Source of the DNA: Patescibacteria group bacterium
GTDB lineage: Bacteria > Patescibacteriota > Microgenomatia > JAMCZE01
NCBI GenBank assembly: GCA_023380635.1
Contig: JAMCRP010000001.1
Location: 22,613-86,612 of the forward strand
DNA: 64,000 nt
Direction of reading: 5' to 3'
Part shown: positions 40,963-49,495 of the stretch, one piece after another
How positions within the stretch are numbered: the first letter of the stretch is position 1
Layout of the letters: each line of letters begins with the position of its first letter
Translations under genes and position numbers: made by a program
Notes under the pieces: model-generated
The model's database searches: none
What the model was told of the DNA's origin: nothing
Seen by the model: the letters and a program-made list of their open reading frames with translations, nothing else

Positions 40963-41439
40963 ATGATTAAACTGCCTAATAAAAGTAAAAAAGGTTTCAC
41001 CCTGGTCGAGTTGATGATCGTTATCACGGTTATCGCCATTCTGGCAACGATTGCGGTAGTGTCTTTCACCCGGGTGCAGAAACAGGCGCGGGATACGAAG
41101 AGGAAGGCAGAAGTGAAGTCTCTTCAGACTGCCCTTCAAGCTTATTACACCGAGCATCAGGCCTACCCGATTTCAACGACGGCAATTACAACTGAGGACG
41201 TGAATACCGTGTTAACAGGACTATCTCCGGACTATATGTCGTCTTTGCCGATTGCTCCTTTGGGGTCAACGGGTAACTATCAAAAATACACTTACATCAC
41301 GACCGATGACGGGTTTAGATACGCTATTTGTGTGGACCTAGAGACGGCGGCTGTCGGACAAGAACTTTGGGTTGTAAATACCCAAAATTCAGCCGGTGAA
41401 GGTATTGCTGACGCTGCTGGTGCTTGTGTACCCAAGTAA
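40963..41439 (+). CDS. Type IV pilin paralog 4 (likely the major pilin: own promoter-like region and strong terminator)
   Basis: MIKLPNKSKKGFTLVELMIVITVIAILATIAVVSF; ~70 percent nt identity to paralog 3 over the N-terminal half; C-terminal Cys pair; 158 aa. Confidence 0.8.
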   Translation: MIKLPNKSKKGFTLVELMIVITVIAILATIAVVSFTRVQKQARDTKRKAEVKSLQTALQAYYTEHQAYPISTTAITTEDVNTVLTGLSPDYMSSLPIAPLGSTGNYQKYTYITTDDGFRYAICVDLETAAVGQELWVVNTQNSAGEGIADAAGACVPK

Positions 41440-41441
41440 TT

Positions 41442-41497
41442 CTTTACTCGCGCGAGTAAAGAAGCAAAAAACCCTGCCCTAACCGGTGGGGTTTTTG
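41442..41497 (+). terminator. Rho-independent terminator(s) after the pilin array
   Basis: Perfect palindrome tttactcgcgcgagtaaa (41443-41460), then aaaaaccctgcc-ctaacc-ggtggggttttt (A-tract, 12-bp stem with two G-U pairs, T-tract), likely bidirectional. Confidence 0.6.
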
Positions 41498-41510
41498 GTA
41501 GTATTAGACC

Positions 41511-42281
41511 ATGAGAGAAATAGGAGAAATTGGGTTGATTGGGATATTTGGATTAATCATCGGCAGTTTTCTCAATGTCCTAATCTGGCGGCTAAATGAC
41601 CCGAAAGCGCCGAAATTTTGGCAGGGGCGAAGCATCTGTCCTCAGTGCAAACACCAGATCGCCTGGTTTGACAACCTTCCCCTGCTCTCCTATCTGCTGC
41701 TGCGAGGTCGTTGCCGCTCCTGCAAAAAGCCGATTAGTTGGCAATATCCCCTGGTCGAATTTTTGACAGGGATTTTTTTTGTTTTGGCGTGGGTTTTGAC
41801 GCCCGGATTGGGGATATTGGGGAAATTGGGGGTGTTGGGTATCGCTGCAGCTCTGGAAGTAATTTTCTTTTCCGATTTAATTTATGGCTTTATCCCCGAT
41901 GAAATGCTTTTGGTCATTGGAATTTTAAAATTGATTGAAAATTGGAAATTGAAAAATGAAAATTGGGGCTTAGATTTTCTAGCAGGATTAATTGCCATGC
42001 TATTGTTCTACCTAATTTATAAAATAACCAAAGAACGCGGCTTGGGTTTTGGGGATGTTAAATTTGCTTTTCTGATGGGCTTTCTACTCGGTTGGCCGAA
42101 AATTGCTGTGGGTTTGTGGGTGGCTTTTGTCTCTGGCGGTCTGGTGGCGATAATTTTATTGGCGTTGCGCCGGACAAAACTTTCTGCCACAATGGCTCTA
42201 GGGCCATTTTTGGTAATTGGCACTTTCTTTGCTGCCCTATGGACAAATACCGTTCTTACCATTCTCGGGCTTACACCCTGA
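41511..42281 (+). CDS. pilD: Prepilin peptidase PilD (A24 family, with N-terminal zinc-finger)
   Basis: CPQCKHQIAWFDNLPLLSYLLLRGRCRSCKKPI tetracysteine motif, GFGDVKF catalytic Asp region, 7-8 TM; 256 aa. Confidence 0.85.
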   Translation: MREIGEIGLIGIFGLIIGSFLNVLIWRLNDPKAPKFWQGRSICPQCKHQIAWFDNLPLLSYLLLRGRCRSCKKPISWQYPLVEFLTGIFFVLAWVLTPGLGILGKLGVLGIAAALEVIFFSDLIYGFIPDEMLLVIGILKLIENWKLKNENWGLDFLAGLIAMLLFYLIYKITKERGLGFGDVKFAFLMGFLLGWPKIAVGLWVAFVSGGLVAIILLALRRTKLSATMALGPFLVIGTFFAALWTNTVLTILGLTP

Positions 42282-42805
42282 TCGAACTGCTGATCTCTTT
42301 AGCCATCATGGCCATAATCGGGGTGCTGGCTTTTTACGGCATTCAAGATTTCAATGTTAACCAGGCGGTGTCCGATGCTCAGCATAACTTTATTTCTGAT
42401 CTGCGGGCCACGCAAAACCAGGCGGCTCTCGGAGCAGACGGAGTCAATTTTAAGACGGTGTGGGTAAACACCGGTTCTCCGGATCAGTACACGATTTCTT
42501 ATACCGTTCCTCTTTCAAATAATCTGGTTTCTGTAACTAAAATACTCCCGACCGGAGTCACGGTTTCGGCTCCCAATCCGGCAAATTTTACGGTTTGTTT
42601 GGCCAACCCCAAGCTGACCGGATATACCACCGGACAATGCGGCAACTGTGCCGTAGCTGGTTCAGAAGCGTTTTTTGCTTGCAACAACGGGACGAAAGTT
42701 GATAGTAACTATCTGGATGTGACCTTCTCCCGGGGCTCGGTTTCCAAAACTGTCCGCATCGAAGGCAATGGTATGGATATCAGCAGAATATATGCGCTCG
42801 ACTAG
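42239..42805 (+). CDS. Minor pilin / pseudopilin with atypical prepilin cleavage site (…SRA|YTLIELL)
   Basis: Track ORF begins at 42092 inside pilD. First in-frame ATG after that is 42239 (MDKYRSYHSRAYTLIELLISLAIMAIIG). Hydrophobic prepilin-type N-terminus with Glu at +5; 188 aa from this start. Confidence 0.5.
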   Translation: MDKYRSYHSRAYTLIELLISLAIMAIIGVLAFYGIQDFNVNQAVSDAQHNFISDLRATQNQAALGADGVNFKTVWVNTGSPDQYTISYTVPLSNNLVSVTKILPTGVTVSAPNPANFTVCLANPKLTGYTTGQCGNCAVAGSEAFFACNNGTKVDSNYLDVTFSRGSVSKTVRIEGNGMDISRIYALD

Positions 42806-43238
42806 AGGCATGACCCTTATCGAAACCATCCTCGCCCTTTTAGTGCTGGCGGCCGTGACTTCGGCGGTAATCCTGCTTTTGACCCAGATTATGGCCCTAA
42901 CCACTTCCGCCCGGCTGCGAAATACCGCTACAGCGATGGCGGAACAAAACCTGGAGAAAATCAGGAGCTTTTATCAGGTTAATTTTTGGATGAATCTGGC
43001 TAACAAAGGCTCTTCCGGCGGAACCTGCTATATTGATACTGCCGGAATTTTAAATTTAGACACCGGAGCGACTTGTGTGACGGATTGCAGCAGTTTGGGC
43101 AGCAACGGTTTTCGCCAAAATGTAAAGTTGACGACCGATTCTGGCCTTAGCCGGGTTCAGGTCGATTCGTCGGTCTGGTGGCAGGACAAGGGGGCTTGTC
43201 AGCACCTTACCTCCACGACTTATTATTTTAATTACTGA
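42792..43238 (+). CDS. Minor pilin / pseudopilin
   Basis: MRSTRGMTLIETILALLVLAAVTSAVILL: leader ending in G, Met+1, Glu+5; start at the internal Met of the track ORF 42768-43238. Confidence 0.55.
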   Translation: MRSTRGMTLIETILALLVLAAVTSAVILLLTQIMALTTSARLRNTATAMAEQNLEKIRSFYQVNFWMNLANKGSSGGTCYIDTAGILNLDTGATCVTDCSSLGSNGFRQNVKLTTDSGLSRVQVDSSVWWQDKGACQHLTSTTYYFNY

Positions 43239-43798
43239 TGCGTAAGGGCTTTACTCTGATCGAAATTATTGTCGTTATCGCCGTTTTCGGCGTTTTAATG
43301 CTAGCCGGAACAAGTTTTTTAATATCAGTTATCCGTAATGCCAATCAGGTGCGGATTCAAAACGATGTCCGCCAGACGGCCAGTCAAATTATGGAAGACA
43401 TTGCTTCGGAAATGCGTTCGGCGACAGATGTCACTTTCTCGTCCGGCTTAACGCAGAATGTTTTGACTATCACTAATACCACGATTGTGCCAAGCAGAAC
43501 AGTGGTATATACAGCTTATAATACCGGGAAACTGACGAAAACAGTTAATAGCGGAGCGCCGTTGGATTTTACTTCGGATAATAATGACACCACTTCTCAA
43601 AGCGAGGCGGTTGTTTTGGATACTTCTGCTGTTTCCTGTGATGACAGCCTTCATGCGGCCAAGGGTCTGCAGGTGGTTGTGGGGACTAACCTGGCTACTG
43701 ATATTACCCTGACTCTTCAGCAGGCAACGAAATATGTCACTCCCGATTTTTGTGCCCGAATCCAGCTTAAAAATACCCTGGTGCCAAGACGGTACTAG
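43238..43798 (+). CDS. Minor pilin (GspJ/PilW-like)
   Basis: MRKGFTLIEIIVVIAVFGVLMLAGTSF prepilin N-terminus; 186 aa. Confidence 0.65.
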   Translation: MRKGFTLIEIIVVIAVFGVLMLAGTSFLISVIRNANQVRIQNDVRQTASQIMEDIASEMRSATDVTFSSGLTQNVLTITNTTIVPSRTVVYTAYNTGKLTKTVNSGAPLDFTSDNNDTTSQSEAVVLDTSAVSCDDSLHAAKGLQVVVGTNLATDITLTLQQATKYVTPDFCARIQLKNTLVPRRY

Positions 43799-43834
43799 AC
43801 GATGCGGCAAATTTTACGCTATCATGTACTTAAG

Positions 43835-44698
43835 ATGATAAAAACCAGGCGCGGGCAGGTGATGGTTTTAGTCCTCCTTTTGTCCCTGATGGGACTGACA
43901 GTCGGTTTGGCCACCGCTTCCAGGTCGCTGTCCGATTTAAAACAGATCTCTTATGTTGATCAGGGCACCAAAGCTTTTGCCGGAGCGGAAGCCGGGTTGG
44001 AATATGTTTTAAACATGTTGGGCAATGTGTCGACTCTTGACCCGACTTGGTGTACGAGCGACCAATCGATCTCCTCTACTGACTTGAGTATTACCGGGGT
44101 TAAAAGCCTGACTTATCGGGTTTGTTCCCACACCGCTAATCAGACAATTTATCCCAACTTGGCCAAGGATAATGTAATGCAAATCAATTACAACAATGTT
44201 AGCAACACAAAACTTTTTACGATTTTTTGGAAATCACCGGCGGCAATTGAGGCAATTCGGGTGGATAAATCGAACCTTATTACCCGGTATGCTTATAACC
44301 CTTATAATCCTACGGGGAGCATAGTGGCTAATAATCTGCTGAGTTCTTATTCGACCGGTGATGTCATTAACTGTCCGTCGAGTTGTCTAAATGGAGTTCC
44401 GGATTCCGGAAGCTACACCAGTTGCAGCGGCGGTTCTAACAGTTCAAATGCTATTCCCTATGTGCCTAACGACCAGTTTCTGCGGATAAAAGCGCTTTAT
44501 TCATCGACCCCGGTGGTTATTTGTGCGGTTAATTCGGGAAACAGCGCGGTGAATATGCCTGAGGCTTATACCGTTATCACCATGACGGCCACAACGGATA
44601 ACGGTACGGTTAAAAGACTGCAGGTGACAAAGTTGCCTCCGGCTCTTCCTTCCATTTTTGATTACGCGATTTATTCCGGCGGACAAATAGCCAAGTAA
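43835..44698 (+). CDS. PilX-like pilus assembly protein (PilX N-terminal domain)
   Basis: MIKTRRGQVMVLVLLLSLMGLTVGLATASRSLSDL resembles the PilX_N consensus (RGxALVxVLLLLxxLTLLGLAAxRSS); 287 aa from the Met at 43835 (track ORF starts at 43802). Confidence 0.5.
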   Translation: MIKTRRGQVMVLVLLLSLMGLTVGLATASRSLSDLKQISYVDQGTKAFAGAEAGLEYVLNMLGNVSTLDPTWCTSDQSISSTDLSITGVKSLTYRVCSHTANQTIYPNLAKDNVMQINYNNVSNTKLFTIFWKSPAAIEAIRVDKSNLITRYAYNPYNPTGSIVANNLLSSYSTGDVINCPSSCLNGVPDSGSYTSCSGGSNSSNAIPYVPNDQFLRIKALYSSTPVVICAVNSGNSAVNMPEAYTVITMTATTDNGTVKRLQVTKLPPALPSIFDYAIYSGGQIAK

Positions 44699-44713
44699 CA
44701 GTTATTCCTGCCC

Positions 44714-45751
44714 ATGAAATTTCAATCTCATATCGGTTTAGACATTGGTTCTCAGGGGATTAAACTGGTCCAGCTTTCAGTTTCCGGCCCGGATAAATTT
44801 TCTCTTTCAGCCATTGGCCAGATTAACACCCCGCCGGTTGGCGCCAATCAGGTGGAAGCCAATGAAGCTAAAGTCGAGACAATCAAAAAGCTTTTGCACG
44901 ATAGCCACGCCGGGAGTCGTCAGGCAGTCATCTCTCTTCCCGAATCCCAAGTTTATACCCGGGTAATCGAAATGCCAAGAATGTCGGAAGCGGAATTGGC
45001 GCAGGCGATTCGCTGGCAGGCGGAGCAGTATATTCCCGTACCCCTGTCCGATGTAGTTTTAAAACACCAACTGCTATCGGGTTCTGACGAGAGTGACAGT
45101 CCGGACGCGAAATGTAATGTCTTATTAATTGCCGCGCCTAATTTACTCTTAAATAGTTATGTCAGCCTTCTTTCCCGGGCCGGCTTGGAAACCGTGGCCA
45201 TCGAAACGGAGATTTTAGCCGTGGCCCGCGCCTTAGTTGGTGCGGACGCTTTTTCCCCCACTTCCCTGCTGGTACACATGGGGGCGGAAACGACAACCCT
45301 GTCAATTATTTCCCGCGGGAATTTGTCGTTAACCCAAAGTATTTCCACCGGCGGCATGGCTATTTCCCGGGCGGTCGCCTCGAGTCTGGGGCTGGAAATT
45401 AATCAGGCGGAAGAATACAAACGCTCTTACGGGATGGACGAAACCAAGCTGGAAGGCAAAGTTGTGACGGCGATCAAACCGATGATTGATTTAGTTCTGG
45501 CAGAGATCAAAAAAGTGCTGGCGTTTTACGAAACCCACGGCTTCAAAGATCCGGTAAAACGGGTGGTACTTTCCGGCGGCACGGCTCTTCTACCCGGCTT
45601 GGTGGGTTATCTGAGCGTTAATCTGGAAGTCGAGGTTCAGGTTGGTAATCCCTTCCTGAGTGTAAATCTTTCTGACAAGCAGCGCCAGGAGCTTGGCGAA
45701 AACGGTCCGCTTTACGCTACTGCTGTCGGACTGGCTCAAAAACAGACATGA
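44714..45751 (+). CDS. pilM: Type IV pilus assembly protein PilM (actin-like ATPase fold)
   Basis: IGLDIGSQGIKLVQL N-terminal motif and FtsA/actin-like fold signatures (LSGGTALLPGL); 345 aa. Confidence 0.8.
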   Translation: MKFQSHIGLDIGSQGIKLVQLSVSGPDKFSLSAIGQINTPPVGANQVEANEAKVETIKKLLHDSHAGSRQAVISLPESQVYTRVIEMPRMSEAELAQAIRWQAEQYIPVPLSDVVLKHQLLSGSDESDSPDAKCNVLLIAAPNLLLNSYVSLLSRAGLETVAIETEILAVARALVGADAFSPTSLLVHMGAETTTLSIISRGNLSLTQSISTGGMAISRAVASSLGLEINQAEEYKRSYGMDETKLEGKVVTAIKPMIDLVLAEIKKVLAFYETHGFKDPVKRVVLSGGTALLPGLVGYLSVNLEVEVQVGNPFLSVNLSDKQRQELGENGPLYATAVGLAQKQT

Positions 45752-46290
45752 TTGATATTAATCTCCTGCCACCGCAAAACGTGCTCTCACAAAAAGAGAA
45801 AATCCTACGAAGTCAACTGACTGTCGCGGCTATTATCGGAGGCGTGGTGACGGCTCTAGTTTTAGGGTCATTAGCTCTGATCAACGCTTACTACTCTGCC
45901 CGCCTGTCAGCGGTCGCGGCCCGACGGACCAGTCTCACGGCGCAGTTTAATGCTGTTCAAAAAACCGCTCTGGATTTGCGCCTGATTAAGGATAAAATAG
46001 CCGGAATTAATTCCATCAAAACTTCCCAGACGCAATTTCCTCCGATTCTGGATGATCTAACAGCCCTGTTTTCCGGAGGTTTTCAGCTAACCCAGCTTTC
46101 TGTTGATCAAACGCAAAAGACCAGCTTTGCCGGAATAACCGCCGGGCCGGAGTCTTTTAACACCCTGCTGGGTCGGATTATTGCCGGTCGGGATGCAAAC
46201 AAGTACGGGCAAATCGAACTTTCCGGCTTACGGGAAAACAAGGACAAGACTTTGAGTTTTTCAATTCAGATGCTTTATGAAAACAAATAA
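45748..46290 (+). CDS. pilN: Type IV pilus assembly protein PilN
   Basis: MIDINLLPP... start typical of PilN, single TM then coiled coil; 4-nt overlap with pilM; 180 aa. Confidence 0.65.
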   Translation: MIDINLLPPQNVLSQKEKILRSQLTVAAIIGGVVTALVLGSLALINAYYSARLSAVAARRTSLTAQFNAVQKTALDLRLIKDKIAGINSIKTSQTQFPPILDDLTALFSGGFQLTQLSVDQTQKTSFAGITAGPESFNTLLGRIIAGRDANKYGQIELSGLRENKDKTLSFSIQMLYENK

Positions 46291-46981
46291 TAGCCTGGAT
46301 TTGAAAAAAATTAGGCCTTATTTTTTCTTCATTTTCCTTTTTGTGGTTTTTGCCGCCGAGCTTGGGGTTCTGGTGATCTTTGCTCCGTCGTTGTATTCGA
46401 CAATTCTTTCGGCCCGGGCGTCTTTGGCCGCACAGACGGCGGAAGTCAACACTCTTTCTGACCTAGTGACAGCTCTTAACCAGACAGACCCCGCTAATTT
46501 AGCGGCTCTGCAAAAGAAAGTGACGGCTGCTTTGCCGGATGAGAAAAAAACTGCCGGGGTGGTGACGGGCTTAACTCGCCTGGCTTCGAGTTCCGGAGTG
46601 GTGGTTAACAGCCTGGAATTTTCCCCGGGACTGATTTCTACCGGTTCAGCAACGGCGGTCGTGACAAATACTTCCGGCGAAATAGTCTTAGGTGGCGGTG
46701 TTAAAGCCATTCCGGCCCAGTTGACGGTTACGGCTGATGTTCCGGCTGTCTCTCGTTTTTTGGCGGACTTGGCCAAATCCAGCCAGATGATCGGGGTAAC
46801 CAGCGTTGAATACACTCATTCCGGTCCCAAGACAAGCACCGCCCTGGGACTTTTACTTTATTTTCAACCGCCAAAAGAAGGGGCCGTTACTCCCAAACAA
46901 GTTCAGCCTTTAACTTCCCAGGAGGTTGGTTTAGCCCAGAGTTTGCCGCAGGAGGATATTTTTACTGTTGCGCCAGAGTAA
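46277..46981 (+). CDS. PilO-like pilus assembly protein
   Basis: Single TM, coiled-coil then beta-rich periplasmic-type domain, positioned after pilN; 234 aa. Confidence 0.5.
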   Translation: MKTNNSLDLKKIRPYFFFIFLFVVFAAELGVLVIFAPSLYSTILSARASLAAQTAEVNTLSDLVTALNQTDPANLAALQKKVTAALPDEKKTAGVVTGLTRLASSSGVVVNSLEFSPGLISTGSATAVVTNTSGEIVLGGGVKAIPAQLTVTADVPAVSRFLADLAKSSQMIGVTSVEYTHSGPKTSTALGLLLYFQPPKEGAVTPKQVQPLTSQEVGLAQSLPQEDIFTVAPE

Positions 46982-47195
46982 CATTAACCCTGGTGTTTTG
47001 TTTCACGGCCAAAATACGCACCAGGTCGCGGATGGCTTTAATAATCCGGCCGCCCTTACCAATGACTTTGCCCATGTCCGGTTGAGCCACGGTCAGATTT
47101 AAATTTACAAAGCCTTCATTGTTGATTTCTTCCACGGCCACGGCTTCCGGCTCATCAACGATATTTTTAACCAGATATTCTAAAAGGTCTTTCAT
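46962..47195 (-). CDS. KH-domain RNA-binding protein (YlqC/UPF0109 family)
   Basis: VIGKGGRIIKAIRDLV (GxxG KH loop); immediately downstream of rpsP as in many bacteria; 77 aa. Confidence 0.8.
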   Translation of the reverse strand: MKDLLEYLVKNIVDEPEAVAVEEINNEGFVNLNLTVAQPDMGKVIGKGGRIIKAIRDLVRILAVKQNTRVNVTLAQQ

Positions 47196-47434
47196 TATTT
47201 AGCGTTTTTCCTTAGAAGAGCTTCGACAGTAGCAGTGGGTTTGGCGCCAACGGACAACCAGTAATCAACCCTCTCTTTTTTCAGTTCCAGTTTGTTGTCA
47301 GGGCTATGCGGATCATAGGTTCCCACAATTTCCCGGGCTTTCCCGTCTCTTTTGAGGTGTTCATCAATGGCAATAAGACGGTAAACGGGGTTTCCGGTTT
47401 TGCCAAATCTGGATAGTCTAAGTTTTACAGCCAT
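47195..47434 (-). CDS. rpsP: 30S ribosomal protein S16
   Basis: MAVKLRLSRFGKTGNPVYRLIAIDEHLKRDGKAREIVGTYDP is canonical S16; 79 aa. Confidence 0.9.
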   Translation of the reverse strand: MAVKLRLSRFGKTGNPVYRLIAIDEHLKRDGKAREIVGTYDPHSPDNKLELKKERVDYWLSVGAKPTATVEALLRKNAK

Positions 47435-47476
47435 GGAGTGATTTTACTATTTCCGCAGCCTTGATGCAATCACCGT

Positions 47477-49453
47477 CTAGTTTTTCAAATTAATATAGCA
47501 GTTAGATGAACAGGAAGGTGAAATGTTACTCCCCACCACTGTACCATAGACATCGCCCCCTTGCACCTGCCACCAGGGGGGCGGTACCACCTGGATATTG
47601 GCCGTGGTGGCTGAGCACTGGGCACCGCCGGGGGTTAAAGTGGCGGTGGCGGTCACGGCGGCTGTTTGGGGGCTAGTCACTTTGACGGCGGAAACGATCG
47701 TGGTCGGGTCAGCGGCGGGGTTATCGATCGTAATCGCGCCGGGGTTGGAAGAGACCCACTGAACGGTTCTTGACTGGATAGGGCCGGTGACCACAATATT
47801 AGCCGTGATACTCCCCTTGCGGTTAAAGTAAAACGGATTGGGAATGGTCGGACTTAGGGTCATAGTGCAGGTGGGGTTAACCACCGTAATGGGGCTGGCA
47901 ACCGGGGTCGTAGCGGTGCAGGTGTTTCCTCCGACATTAAGCGTGGCGGTGACGGTGACGGCCGTGCTGCCGGCGTAATTAGCGTGGATGGTAGCTGGAT
48001 TGGTTGTGGGGGTGGTAATGGTGGCAGCGGCTCCAGAGGTCGGAGTCCAGGAAAAAGTCGCGGCCTGTCCGAGAGGGTTGGTGGTTAAAACGGAAGAAAT
48101 GCTGCGGTCCTGGCCGGTGTAAAAAGTGTCGGACGGATTTAAAACCGGCGGGGTTAAAGTGCAGGTGGGGGCAGCCACGGTGACACAAACAGTGTTGGAA
48201 CAGGTATTGGTTCCGGGAGAAAGCGGGGCTGAGGCCGTAAAGCAGGTTTGGCCCACGGTCGTCGCACTGGCCCGGATAGTTACAGTACTACCAGTCGTCC
48301 CTCCGGTAAAGTCAGCTGAGGTTCCGGAAGTCCGGGTCCAGGTAATCGTTCCCAGCGTACCGCCGCTGGCGGCAAAATTAGCCGTCAAAGTCCCGGTGTT
48401 ACCTAACTGAAAGGGGCTAGGAACATTCGTGGAAATGGTATTGCTAGCGCAAGTGGCCGGAGCCGGAGCGGAAACGGTGATTTGTTTAGCACTGCCGAGG
48501 CCACAATAGCTCCAGCCGGTGGGATACCCAAAAGGGTTACCGGTGCACCGGCCGTAAGACGCGGCGGAGTTCACCCGGTTGTAGCCTTGGCAATAAACCC
48601 AGTAGGTCCCGGGATTTTGGAAAGTAAGTTGGGTGTTAACGGGGTTAGTCAGTTTAAGGCTGGTATTGGTGGTACTGCCGACCGTGCCATAGGGGCCACT
48701 GGCATTGTTAGTGGAAGTGGGGCTGGTCCACAGATCGATCATGGTAGCCCCGTTAGCCGGGGTGTTAGTAAAAGTAACCGGCGTGCCGGTAGTGGCTGTT
48801 GCCGGTCCGGACACGGTGCAGGTGGGGTTACAGTAGACAGGCTGGTTACAGGCATCAGCACAGTTACTGATTTCGTTACAGGAACCAGCCGGAACACAGG
48901 AACCGTCAGCCGGGACCCAAAGACATTGTCCCCAGGCAACATCGCCATATTGCTGTAAAGTGGGGTCGCTGTGGACGGCCCGGGGCGGGCTGCCGGGATT
49001 GTTGTAAATATCCTTACACATGGCTTCAGTCCCCACATTTTCCGGCAAAAGGCAAACCGGGGTCCCGTTTAGGTCCAAGGGGTCGCGCCATTCGTGGTTT
49101 AAATTTGTTCCGGCCGGCGGGCAGGATAGCCCGCTGCAGCCTGCAGAAGGTTGTAAAGTGCATTTTCCGGTACAAACACTGGTGGTCCCGCTGCACATCT
49201 GTTTGGCTTCTGCCGGACTACCACATTGATAAGTTTGTGAATAGTTACACGATTCTCCAGCACTACAACCGTCATGAATAGTGACACTTGAGTTACTGAC
49301 GCTACATGATCCTCCTACGGGACAGACTCCGCCACCACAAGCAAACCAATCATTAGTCATGGTACAGCCCGCAAAGACTTGGTTGTGCAGAAGAGGAAGA
49401 GTAAAAAGAAGTGATAACCAAATAAAAACAAAAATGGCGACTTTTTGCCCCAC
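47477..49453 (-). CDS. Large secreted Cys- and Thr/Ser/Gly-rich surface protein (paralog B of the gene at 31773-33761)
   Basis: 658 aa; N-terminal hydrophobic segment; central 335 aa identical to paralog A; C-terminal third ~80 percent identical including the PPPWWQVQGGDVYGTVVGSNIS terminus. Confidence 0.6.
   Translation of the reverse strand: MGQKVAIFVFIWLSLLFTLPLLHNQVFAGCTMTNDWFACGGGVCPVGGSCSVSNSSVTIHDGCSAGESCNYSQTYQCGSPAEAKQMCSGTTSVCTGKCTLQPSAGCSGLSCPPAGTNLNHEWRDPLDLNGTPVCLLPENVGTEAMCKDIYNNPGSPPRAVHSDPTLQQYGDVAWGQCLWVPADGSCVPAGSCNEISNCADACNQPVYCNPTCTVSGPATATTGTPVTFTNTPANGATMIDLWTSPTSTNNASGPYGTVGSTTNTSLKLTNPVNTQLTFQNPGTYWVYCQGYNRVNSAASYGRCTGNPFGYPTGWSYCGLGSAKQITVSAPAPATCASNTISTNVPSPFQLGNTGTLTANFAASGGTLGTITWTRTSGTSADFTGGTTGSTVTIRASATTVGQTCFTASAPLSPGTNTCSNTVCVTVAAPTCTLTPPVLNPSDTFYTGQDRSISSVLTTNPLGQAATFSWTPTSGAAATITTPTTNPATIHANYAGSTAVTVTATLNVGGNTCTATTPVASPITVVNPTCTMTLSPTIPNPFYFNRKGSITANIVVTGPIQSRTVQWVSSNPGAITIDNPAADPTTIVSAVKVTSPQTAAVTATATLTPGGAQCSATTANIQVVPPPWWQVQGGDVYGTVVGSNISPSCSSNCYINLKN
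48177..49183. repeat. Second copy of the exact ~1007-bp repeat (see 32473-33479)
   Basis: Same evidence as for the first copy. Confidence 0.8.
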
Positions 49454-49495
49454 AATTTTAGAATAGAACCCAGGCTGATGGTTGTCAATTGAGGG

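Noticed and set aside
42092-42238. N-terminal 49 codons of the track ORF 42092-42805
   Set aside because: This part is entirely inside pilD in another frame and has no start codon context. The minor pilin most plausibly starts at ATG 42239.
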